Part shown: positions 43,786 through 51,773 of the stretch, piece by piece
Layout: each line of letters begins with the position of its first letter
Numbering within the stretch: position 1 is the stretch's first letter
Assembly: GCA_964497135.1 (NCBI GenBank)
Contig: CAZCDO010000001.1
Span: 239-64,238, forward strand
Reading direction: 5' to 3'
Length of the DNA stretch: 64,000 nucleotides
Source of the DNA: an uncultured Verrucomicrobiota bacterium
GTDB taxonomy: Bacteria; Verrucomicrobiota; Kiritimatiellia; CAIKKV01; CAIJXV01
Position numbers and translations under genes: made by a program
Notes under the pieces: generated by a model
Told to the model about the DNA's origin: nothing
Database searches by the model: none
The model's input: the letters and a program-made list of their open reading frames with translations, nothing else

Positions 43786-46232
43786 TGAAAACAAAATATA
43801 TTTTTGCTGTTATTTCCCTGGTGATCGCCTGTGGCGCGGGATGGGCCGCGGAACCGGTGGGGGGGCCGCCGGTCGTCAGCGAAACCACGCTGACCCTGTT
43901 AAAGGAAGCCCAGACCGTGGCCCGGCAGAATAAGCCCGATGAATCTATCGCGGCCTATGCCAAGGTGTTCGCGGCTGCCGATCTTACGACGGACCAGCGG
44001 ATTGCCGCCCACCTCGATCTCGGCCGGGTCCTATCGGCCAAGGGACCTATTGACGCGGCGGCCGCCGAGTATGACCAGGCACTGGCGGTACCCGGGCTGG
44101 ATGCGGTTCAGAAGATCAAGATCCTGAACACGTTGGCCCAGCTCTGGTTCAACAGTAATTTCAAGGGAGCCTGGGCTTCCTACACGACCGCCGGGATCGA
44201 CAAGGCGGCGGACCTCTATCGGCAGATTGGGGCGATGCCGGAGGCCTCCCCGGCCGACAAGGTCGCCGCCTACAACTCGCTGGCGAACTGCCAGCTTGAA
44301 CGCATGGAGATCGCCGCCGCCAATGCCACGCTCGACGAAGCGCTCAAGTTGCCCGGCCTGAAAGAGGCGGATCTCTTTGCGGCCCGGAAGAATAAGGCCG
44401 ACGCGTTGTACCGCCAACTTGAGTTCGCGCGGGCCCTGCCGATTTACGAAGGACTCTGGAGCACCAACCTGACGGGCGTCCTGCGCAGCAGTATCGAGAA
44501 TCGAATTGTCGAGATTGTCAGTCGCGAAAAAGGCGGGGACGAGGCGTTTCGCTTGTTGAAAGAAAAGTTCCAGCGCGGCCCGCTGGGCCTCGCGGAATTC
44601 TGCAGCAATAGCGGAAAACAGGCGGAGGCCATCCGGCTTTACGATGGGGTGTTGGCGGATGGGCAGGCCGACTACCGCACGCGGATCGATACGCTCGAAA
44701 AACTGATGTTCATTTTTGGCGCCGATTCGAACTTCGACGCGTTTTTGGCGAACGCCGAACGCCGCATAGCCTCGCTGATCGCCGCCGAACCGAAAGCGTC
44801 GGAAATTTACGGCCGACTGGGTAGCCGGAGCTTTTCGAGGCTTCCGATCGCGGGCACTCCCCGCTTCAAGCGGTGGCTCGACGAGAAGTTGCTCGCCACG
44901 ACCCCCCGTTCGCCCAAGGACCGGGCAGCGGCCGCCCGGGCGCAGTTCGAGGAACTCCTCAAACAGCGCGACTTTGCCCCGGCAATGGACGTGGCCCGGA
45001 CCCTGCTCGCGGACACGAACACGCCCCCCGCATTCCGCCTGACCTGCAACCTGAGCCTGGTCGTATTCGATACGAAGGGCAATGCCTCCGGGGTTATCAA
45101 AAAAGTCCAGTCCGCACTCGACCAGGACGCCACCCTCCGGACAAACCCGGTGGCGCGCGCCGAGGGGTTGCTGAATACGGCGCGCATCGCCATGGATATG
45201 CGGTATGAGAAGGTCGCGCGGGTCCTCTACGCGGAGCGGGACAAGATGCTGGTGCAGGCCGAACGTCGTTCGCTCCCCTGCACCTTCCTCGAGAAGGCGC
45301 CGAAAGACATCACGGCATTCATGAATTCCGCCTACTTCAAAGACCCGAAAAACCGGGGCGTGCTGGATCGCAAGTATGGCGACAATGTCCAGTTCCTTCT
45401 GGACACGGATGCGGCGCTCACCGGACGGAAGGTCACGGAGAAAAAGGACGACTTTGTGCCCACGGAATTTGTCGCGGTCTGCGACGCGGACGGCATCAAG
45501 CTCTTCTTTTTCGCGACAACGACCAAGGCGAAGGATGTCGCGGATGGCCTGGTTGCCATGGGCGGGTATGAAACGTACCTGGCGGCCGGTCCGGATGCTC
45601 CGTATCATTGTTTCCTGATCGACCTGCCGCCCGGCGAAATGTCCGACGATTTCGTCACGCAGTACAAAAACAAGACCTTCCGACGTGCCCGTCAGAAGGA
45701 GAACACGGCAACCATCGAGCACCAGGTACTCGAGAATGGAGTGGCCACGCTGTTGACCGTGTCGTGGGCGGCGTTCTTCAATGCCATTCCGCAGAATGGC
45801 GACGCCTGGGACTTTGAGCCGATACACTGGGAACAGGGCGGGTATTCGTGGGGCGGAAGTCAATCGGTGCACAACCGGTCCAGTTTCGGGTCCCTGATAT
45901 TCGCCAATATGACCCCGGCGAATGTCAACGCCATTAAGCGCCGGCTCATCCCCGTGGCGGTTGCCGCCTATCGGAAAGAGCTGAGCTCCGAAAACGGATA
46001 TGTCGAGATCTGGCAGGATCCCGAACTGGGCGACCGGACGTTCTATTTTGAAAAGGTCAAGCCGCTAACGGACAAACTCAGCCAGTACCTGGGAAAAGTC
46101 AAACCCGGCATGACGGCCGAAGAGGTTGATTGGTTGTATGCCGAAGCGGTGCCGTCGTGGATGAACATCAAATACATTGTGGCGGACCTGCGGCGCGATT
46201 ACCTGGATGCGCGGCGCGTCGCCGGTCAATAA
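43785..46232 (+). CDS. secreted TPR-like repeat protein (815 aa)
   Basis: Signal peptide MKTKYIFAVISLVIACGAGWA. N-terminal helical repeat region (AAYAKVF...AAAEYDQAL...). TAATG overlap with the upstream gene. Confidence 0.55.
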   Translation: MKTKYIFAVISLVIACGAGWAAEPVGGPPVVSETTLTLLKEAQTVARQNKPDESIAAYAKVFAAADLTTDQRIAAHLDLGRVLSAKGPIDAAAAEYDQALAVPGLDAVQKIKILNTLAQLWFNSNFKGAWASYTTAGIDKAADLYRQIGAMPEASPADKVAAYNSLANCQLERMEIAAANATLDEALKLPGLKEADLFAARKNKADALYRQLEFARALPIYEGLWSTNLTGVLRSSIENRIVEIVSREKGGDEAFRLLKEKFQRGPLGLAEFCSNSGKQAEAIRLYDGVLADGQADYRTRIDTLEKLMFIFGADSNFDAFLANAERRIASLIAAEPKASEIYGRLGSRSFSRLPIAGTPRFKRWLDEKLLATTPRSPKDRAAAARAQFEELLKQRDFAPAMDVARTLLADTNTPPAFRLTCNLSLVVFDTKGNASGVIKKVQSALDQDATLRTNPVARAEGLLNTARIAMDMRYEKVARVLYAERDKMLVQAERRSLPCTFLEKAPKDITAFMNSAYFKDPKNRGVLDRKYGDNVQFLLDTDAALTGRKVTEKKDDFVPTEFVAVCDADGIKLFFFATTTKAKDVADGLVAMGGYETYLAAGPDAPYHCFLIDLPPGEMSDDFVTQYKNKTFRRARQKENTATIEHQVLENGVATLLTVSWAAFFNAIPQNGDAWDFEPIHWEQGGYSWGGSQSVHNRSSFGSLIFANMTPANVNAIKRRLIPVAVAAYRKELSSENGYVEIWQDPELGDRTFYFEKVKPLTDKLSQYLGKVKPGMTAEEVDWLYAEAVPSWMNIKYIVADLRRDYLDARRVAGQ

Positions 46233-46259
46233 GGCTGGGTCATCCACGGTTTGAACAAA

Positions 46260-46284
46260 TTCACCGGCCGTGTTGGCCGGTGAA
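46260..46284 (+). terminator. perfect 10-bp stem / 5-nt loop hairpin between the 815-aa gene and the SGNH gene (terminator-like, no U-tract)
   Basis: ttcaccggcc-gtgtt-ggccggtgaa. 28 nt after stop 46232. Confidence 0.3.
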
Positions 46285-46320
46285 CCCACCTGAAAGGGAT
46301 TGGTTGTGAAAAATAATCGT

Positions 46321-47550
46321 ATGGCAATCTGGGGTCTCACCGTGCTGGTCCCCCTTCTGTTGACGGAGGCCGCGTTTGCCACCGCGCAGGAACCGGTGTC
46401 CCGGGGCTCCCTGATCAACCTCTGGAACGACAAGGCCTGGAAGCGTTTTCGCAATCCATCTGCCGAGCTCGGGCAGACAAATCGATATGTGGTCGCCTCG
46501 CTGAGCGGACGCCGGATGACGGTCCCGGGTAATCGCCCGAACGACACTCACAAGATCTACTTCATCAATGAATACACTTTCGAGCGGGATCTCGACGGCG
46601 CTGTTTTCCTGACTCACCTCTCCGCGTTCTACCGCGAGCCGCACATGGAAGTTGCCGTTCTCCTGAATGGCAAAGTGCTGGCCACCTTCACTCCCTTCGA
46701 ACTGCCCCTGAATCTCAAGATTGCCGACACCATCCATGCGTCCGACCAGGTGACGGTCGCCGTTCGAAGCACCAGCGGGAAGGAGGTCTCAAACGTCCTC
46801 TCGTTTGCCTTGGAGTCGTTCAAAGACGGACACCCTGGCCCGGCGATTGAGACGCTGCATCCACCCGCCGGAGTCGCCGCTCCGAAGAGGACCTACACGG
46901 GCACGATTGAACCCGCTTACCAAGCGCGCCACGACAGCCAGCAGGCTCAGATTACAAAGCAGAAGCCGCGAGTGATCTTCGCCGGCGACTCCATTACCGA
47001 CGGTTTTAGTGGCCCGGGTCGGGAGTCGTGGGCTACGCTGCAGAACTTCCATCCGGCCAACATGGGCATTGGCGGCGACTGGACCCATAACCTGCTGTGG
47101 CGCCTGGAAAACAGCGTGATCGATCAGATCGCGCCGGAACTCATCATCGTGATGATCGGCACTAACGACGGCGCCTATTCCGAGGATGAAGTTGTCCGGG
47201 GCATCAAGGCCATCCTCGACTGCATCCGGAAAAAGAGCCAGACCACCCGGATCCTGCTGCACGGCATTTTGCCCCGCGATGGCGATTTTCCCGTTGGCAA
47301 CCGCTATGAAAAGATCAACCGTCGGGTGGCCGAATGGGCCGATGGCCGGACGGTGATCTACCTGGATCTCACGCCCCTCTTTCTAACCCCCGACCGCAAG
47401 GTCCGAAAGGACTTGCTCCCTGACGGCTTGCACCCCAATGCGAAGGGATATGAGGTGTGGGTCGAGGCCCTCCTGCCAAAGCTTAACGAACTACTGCCTG
47501 CGGCCAGCGCCCCGACGGGGACCGCCACGAACGCGGCTTCCCTTCAATAG
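46321..47550 (+). CDS. SGNH/GDSL-family hydrolase (carbohydrate esterase-like) with N-terminal extra domain
   Basis: Signal peptide. GDSITDG block I. GIGGDW block II. GTND block III. DGLHP catalytic His block. Alternative GTG start at 46300. Confidence 0.7.
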   Translation: MAIWGLTVLVPLLLTEAAFATAQEPVSRGSLINLWNDKAWKRFRNPSAELGQTNRYVVASLSGRRMTVPGNRPNDTHKIYFINEYTFERDLDGAVFLTHLSAFYREPHMEVAVLLNGKVLATFTPFELPLNLKIADTIHASDQVTVAVRSTSGKEVSNVLSFALESFKDGHPGPAIETLHPPAGVAAPKRTYTGTIEPAYQARHDSQQAQITKQKPRVIFAGDSITDGFSGPGRESWATLQNFHPANMGIGGDWTHNLLWRLENSVIDQIAPELIIVMIGTNDGAYSEDEVVRGIKAILDCIRKKSQTTRILLHGILPRDGDFPVGNRYEKINRRVAEWADGRTVIYLDLTPLFLTPDRKVRKDLLPDGLHPNAKGYEVWVEALLPKLNELLPAASAPTGTATNAASLQ

Positions 47551-47582
47551 GAGCACGAGGGCAGAGCCTCTCCAAACGCGCG

Positions 47583-48524
47583 TTATCGCTTTGGGGGCTT
47601 GGGTTTTCCAAGCGGCGAGGGGGGGGCTGGTTTTTTGGGCGTTTCCGAGGGGCCGAATGTCAGCGGCATGATCCCGTTTCGCCGGAACTGGGTCGGCGTA
47701 CAGTGAAGGACGCGCTGGAACGTACGCATGAAGCTGGCGGACGTTTCGTAGCCTAGTCGGCTGGCGATTTCCTTGACAAACAGGGATTCGGTTTTCAGTA
47801 AACTGCAGGCGGCCAGCATCCGGGTGTTCTGGATGTGATCGTGGGGTGAAACCCCGGTCTGCTGTTTCACAATCCGCGAAAGATGCTCAGCGGAAACGGA
47901 GAGGCGGGCGGCGATTTCGCCGACCGAAATGCGTTTCCCGGTCGCCAGTTTGATGATGTCATGGAAACGCCGGATCAGGGTATGATCGGCCTGTTTTTCC
48001 GGGATGGGGGTCTTGCTGTCGACCAAGGCATCCAGCAGGTCCGTGGTCAGGCGGGTGCTCTCGCGCAAGGAGAGGATGCAGCCGACTTCATGATAGACGT
48101 GAAAGGATAGCAGTTTCTGGATGATGACGTGGTCGAGGGGCAGGTCGTAGATGGCGCCGAAGCGGCGGATGAGGTCGCGTGCCATCGCATGGGCGGCGGA
48201 TCCGAGGATATCGATGAAGATAAAGTGCCAGGGATCGCGGGTCTGATGGGGGTAGTAGTAGGTGATCGTGGGATCATGGGCTTCGCATAAAAAACCCCGG
48301 CCGGCCCGCAATTGATGCAGGCCCCGATCGTCCTTGAATAGGCCGCTGCCGGCCAGCGTGTATTGAAAAATCACGCGCGGGCGATCGCGCCGCCACCGTC
48401 CCTCGACGCGATAGGCCCGGGTATTTCTCGTTTCCTTGCCGATACAGTCGGGGCGGGGAAAGTGAGGTAATCCATCGAAGGTGTGGATATAGAGAAAGAA
48501 ATCGCGCATATCAGATTCCGTCAC
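47583..48524 (-). CDS. AraC-family transcriptional regulator
   Basis: C-terminal AraC HTH (SVGEIAARLSVSAEHLSRIVKQQTGVSPHDHIQNTRMLAACSLLKTESLFVKEIASRLGYETSASFMRTFQRVLHCTPTQFRR). Convergent with the upstream operon and divergent from the gene at 48633. Confidence 0.8.
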   Translation of the reverse strand: MTESDMRDFFLYIHTFDGLPHFPRPDCIGKETRNTRAYRVEGRWRRDRPRVIFQYTLAGSGLFKDDRGLHQLRAGRGFLCEAHDPTITYYYPHQTRDPWHFIFIDILGSAAHAMARDLIRRFGAIYDLPLDHVIIQKLLSFHVYHEVGCILSLRESTRLTTDLLDALVDSKTPIPEKQADHTLIRRFHDIIKLATGKRISVGEIAARLSVSAEHLSRIVKQQTGVSPHDHIQNTRMLAACSLLKTESLFVKEIASRLGYETSASFMRTFQRVLHCTPTQFRRNGIMPLTFGPSETPKKPAPPSPLGKPKPPKR

Positions 48525-48632
48525 TTAATGTCACGTAGTGCCATTCCTTGAAGGTTGCGTTTTCGACGGGTAAAAACTACTCTATTTGCTTACGGATCGC
48601 AACTGTGTAAACAACGGGACGGAGAACCCCTC

Positions 48633-50687
48633 ATGTCGAAACACGATAAAATGTCACTTCCCGCGTGTGGCCTGTTTCTGGGCTCCGGTATTTACGACCA
48701 TTCCGGCAAACTGGTCTGCTCCGGGAAAGCCTTTACGTACTGGGCACCGGACTTTCCCTCGGCCCGGGAAACCGTTGATCTGATCGTCCAGGACAACCAG
48801 GGCAATACGGCCCAATTCTGGCAGAGTGGCGAGGCTTTGCTGGCGCTGGCCAAAGCCGCAACCGCCCAGGGACTGTACGTGACCTTCCTGTATTCCAGTG
48901 CGCCGGCTGAGATTTCCGCCCAGTTCAAGTCGTTGGGAAAGCAGTATCTCGGCTATGATTTTGGCGAGCGGTATACGTTCGGCATTTACGATCAGGATCT
49001 GCCACCGGGCAAAACACTGGCTGAGGTCACGCTCGAGGATCTGGCCCACGGACTGATGGGCAAAGTCGCGGCGCATGTCAAGGAACGGCACGAGACCGGA
49101 TGGGGCCCGGTCATGGCGACCAGCAGTAATTTCTATATCGACTATGAGATCGCCGCCGGTGCTGACATTCCCGTGCCCGAAGATTTTGCCTTCCGCCATC
49201 TATCGATGGCATCGGCTATTTCGCGCGGCCTTTACCGGCAGTACGACCTGCCGCTGTGGGGGTCTCATCTGGCCCATGAATGGTATTCCTGGCTGCCTCA
49301 GGCCAATCCGCTGAAGTTCCCCTTGTTCCGGGCCAGCCTGTACCTGAAGTACCTGACCGGCGCAAAATTGATCATCAACGAAAGCGGGAATTGGGCGCTC
49401 CAGTCCTCGCTCTGCCCGGACTCGCCCATGCACACCCTGCCCCGCGTGGAGGGGCCGACGCCGGGATTGCGCCACACGGGCAAGGAGTTTGTCGACCGCC
49501 ATATCGACGAGGCGCGCAAGCTGTTCTGTAACATCGACTACCGCTCTCCCACCGCGTCAAAATACCGCCAGGAGATTTCCGACTTCTACGATTTCGTCAA
49601 GGCCCATCCCGCCCCGGTCGGTCAGCCGGAATCGACCCTGGCCATCGCCAAGGGCAACTACGATATTTGTTGCGGGGAATTCTCTCCCAACTCGGCGATT
49701 GCCGGTGCCTTCCAGGTGGCCCAGACCAATCCGGATTGGTACGAGGGCGCTCCCGAGCGCGGGTGGGACATTGTCAAGTCCGTCTTCTATCCCCGGCCGC
49801 CGGTGCTGGCGCCGCACAAGAACTTCCACCTGTCGGGATCGCCCTACGGCATGGTGGACATCGTCAGTTTTGCGGCCGATCAGATCTCCGCGGCATTTCT
49901 GAAAGCGAACTACAAGGCGCTGATCCTGTCCGGTTGGAACACCTGTTCGGCGAAACAATATGCCGTTTTGGTCGACTATGTGAAGGCCGGCGGCACGTTG
50001 TGCCTGGCGATCCCGCACCTGTCCATGAACAAATCGCGCAATTACCACCACTACGGTGTGGACGATTTGGTCAACCGCGGCGATTTCTCCGAGTTATGCG
50101 GGGTGAAGGTGCTGGGGCAGGGGGATCGGTTCTATTGGGCAACGGGACCGGAGCGTACGCCCAACGCACTGGGACTGGCCGTGCCCCGCCGGTATGGCAT
50201 CATGGCGGCGGCGCTCGGCAACCTTGAGATCGTTGATCCCAGTGCCGTTGAAGTGCTGGCCGCCGATGATGAGCAGTTCCGCCCTTTCATTCTGCGATGC
50301 AAATCCGGTCAGGGAACGGTGTTTTTCATCAACTCCTGGGCGTATCCCGGCGCGCTCAACACCGACGACGGTCCCGGTTGCACGGTGGACTCCAAGGGGT
50401 TGATGGGATTGCTGTACGGATATATCGGACAAATTTCGCGCGGGCATGTCTGGATCACGGGCCCGGATGCCGTTCATCCCGATGGGGACTGCGAATACAT
50501 TGCCTACTCCTATTTCCCCGATGCCGGGAAAATCTGCCTGCAGAATGTCGACTTCAAGAATCCGCGCCGCTGTATCCTGCACCAGTTTGGGGATGTGGAC
50601 CCGATCGAATTGGCACCGGCGGAGTTCAGAATCCTGAACTCGGTGGTTTTGAAGCCCGGCGAAAAGTGCAATCCCGAACCGGGATGA
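48633..50687 (+). CDS. hypothetical protein (684 aa), no signal peptide; family not recognised
   Basis: Long ORF. GGAGAA RBS 6 nt before ATG 48633. Divergent from AraC. Confidence 0.5.
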   Translation: MSKHDKMSLPACGLFLGSGIYDHSGKLVCSGKAFTYWAPDFPSARETVDLIVQDNQGNTAQFWQSGEALLALAKAATAQGLYVTFLYSSAPAEISAQFKSLGKQYLGYDFGERYTFGIYDQDLPPGKTLAEVTLEDLAHGLMGKVAAHVKERHETGWGPVMATSSNFYIDYEIAAGADIPVPEDFAFRHLSMASAISRGLYRQYDLPLWGSHLAHEWYSWLPQANPLKFPLFRASLYLKYLTGAKLIINESGNWALQSSLCPDSPMHTLPRVEGPTPGLRHTGKEFVDRHIDEARKLFCNIDYRSPTASKYRQEISDFYDFVKAHPAPVGQPESTLAIAKGNYDICCGEFSPNSAIAGAFQVAQTNPDWYEGAPERGWDIVKSVFYPRPPVLAPHKNFHLSGSPYGMVDIVSFAADQISAAFLKANYKALILSGWNTCSAKQYAVLVDYVKAGGTLCLAIPHLSMNKSRNYHHYGVDDLVNRGDFSELCGVKVLGQGDRFYWATGPERTPNALGLAVPRRYGIMAAALGNLEIVDPSAVEVLAADDEQFRPFILRCKSGQGTVFFINSWAYPGALNTDDGPGCTVDSKGLMGLLYGYIGQISRGHVWITGPDAVHPDGDCEYIAYSYFPDAGKICLQNVDFKNPRRCILHQFGDVDPIELAPAEFRILNSVVLKPGEKCNPEPG

Positions 50688-50712
50688 TGAGCCGATCATG
50701 CGGTATGCCTGC

Positions 50713-50783
50713 CATGTCAAAAAATGCACTGAAATATCAAAAAAGGGACATAGCGAGAGGTTTGTAATGAGTGTATCATAGAC
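50713..50783 (+). promoter_or_regulatory. conserved AT-rich motif (copy B) paralogous to 10349-10431
   Basis: catgtcaaaaaatgcactgaaatatcaaaaaagggacatagc, ~88% identical to copy A over ~44 nt. Lies upstream of a decayed ORF fragment. Confidence 0.3.
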
Positions 50784-50807
50784 ACCGGTACGTGGTTGTT
50801 CAATTAG

Positions 50808-51020
50808 GGAGGTGGCCTTTACCTGATCAGCTCGGCCTATTCTGCGAACGGGACCACGTGGGTGACGAATTTTACCAGTACGAACGTTTCGGCTGAAAAA
50901 ACGGTTTATGTCGGATTGTCCCTGGGCGTGCCCGAGACGCAATTGATGTACTGCTATTTCGACAACCTCGAACTGACCGCGTTGCCCCAGCCGGCCGGGT
51001 CCCTATTTACGGTGTGGTAA
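50808..51020 (+). pseudogene. start-less ORF fragment encoding a jelly-roll/LamG-like C-terminal segment (gene remnant)
   Basis: Frame reads ...LISSAYSANGTTWVTNFTSTNVSAEKTVYVGLSLGVPETQLMYCYFDNLELTALPQPAGSLFTVW* with no plausible start (in-frame stop at 50805). Protein-like composition. Confidence 0.35.
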
Positions 51021-51098
51021 CGGGGCGGCAGGGGTGGCCAAGGGTCCTGAACACCGAACGCTGAACCCGGGGCGCTTGAACCGCCGCCTGGAGACAAT

Positions 51099-51773
51099 AT
51101 GTTCACAACACTGGCGATGAAAGAGGTCTTGTTCCCGGACTCGTTTCTGTGGGGTGCCGGCGGAGCCGGGCACCAGAACGAATTTTTTATTCATGCCATC
51201 AAGACGGGTGAATTGGTGCTTCCGTACACCGACGCCGAGTCGTCGGATGAGGTCAAGGGCAGCCTCGACTATTGGGGTGTAAATTATTACACGCGACACA
51301 TGGCCAGCGCGCGGACGCTGAATTTCAGCGCACCGCGTTTCCCGTTCGACCGCGTCAGCATGATTGACGAGAGCATGTACCTCGAGGAGTTCTATCCCGA
51401 TGGCTTCGTTCAGCATTTGCCGCGATTCACGGACCATCCGATTTACATTTGCGAAAACGGTTGTGCTTGCGATGACGACCGCTTGCGGATAGTGTACCTC
51501 GCGCGTCACCTCAGCGCCTTGCGCGAAGCCATGAAGATGGGGGCGGATGTGCGCGGCTACATTCATTGGTCGCTGATGGATAATTACGAATGGGGGTCGT
51601 TTAAGCCGCGGTTCGGCTTGATTCACGTCGATTTTGAGACCTTCCGGCGGACCCTCAAACCGAGCGCTCATTTTTATCGTGAGATCATTGAGAACCACGG
51701 TATAACAGGTTCTGTACTCGACCGGTATGTCCGACCCCTGTCGGATATCAAAGGCTATCCTCCAAAGGGTTGA
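51099..51773 (+). pseudogene. glycoside hydrolase family 1 (beta-glucosidase-type) remnant with ~200-aa internal deletion
   Basis: 224 aa versus ~450 expected. Retains GH1 N-terminus (FPDSFLWGAGGAGHQNE), the YICENG nucleophile region and the C-terminal HWSLMDNYEW...FGLIHVDF motif. It lacks the central region, including the acid/base (T-L-N-E-P) segment. Confidence 0.5.

Noticed and set aside
41605-45872. 600-aa and 613-aa antisense ORFs (41605..43407, 44031..45872)
   Set aside because: Antisense to the signal-peptide-bearing secreted protein genes. Low-complexity composition.
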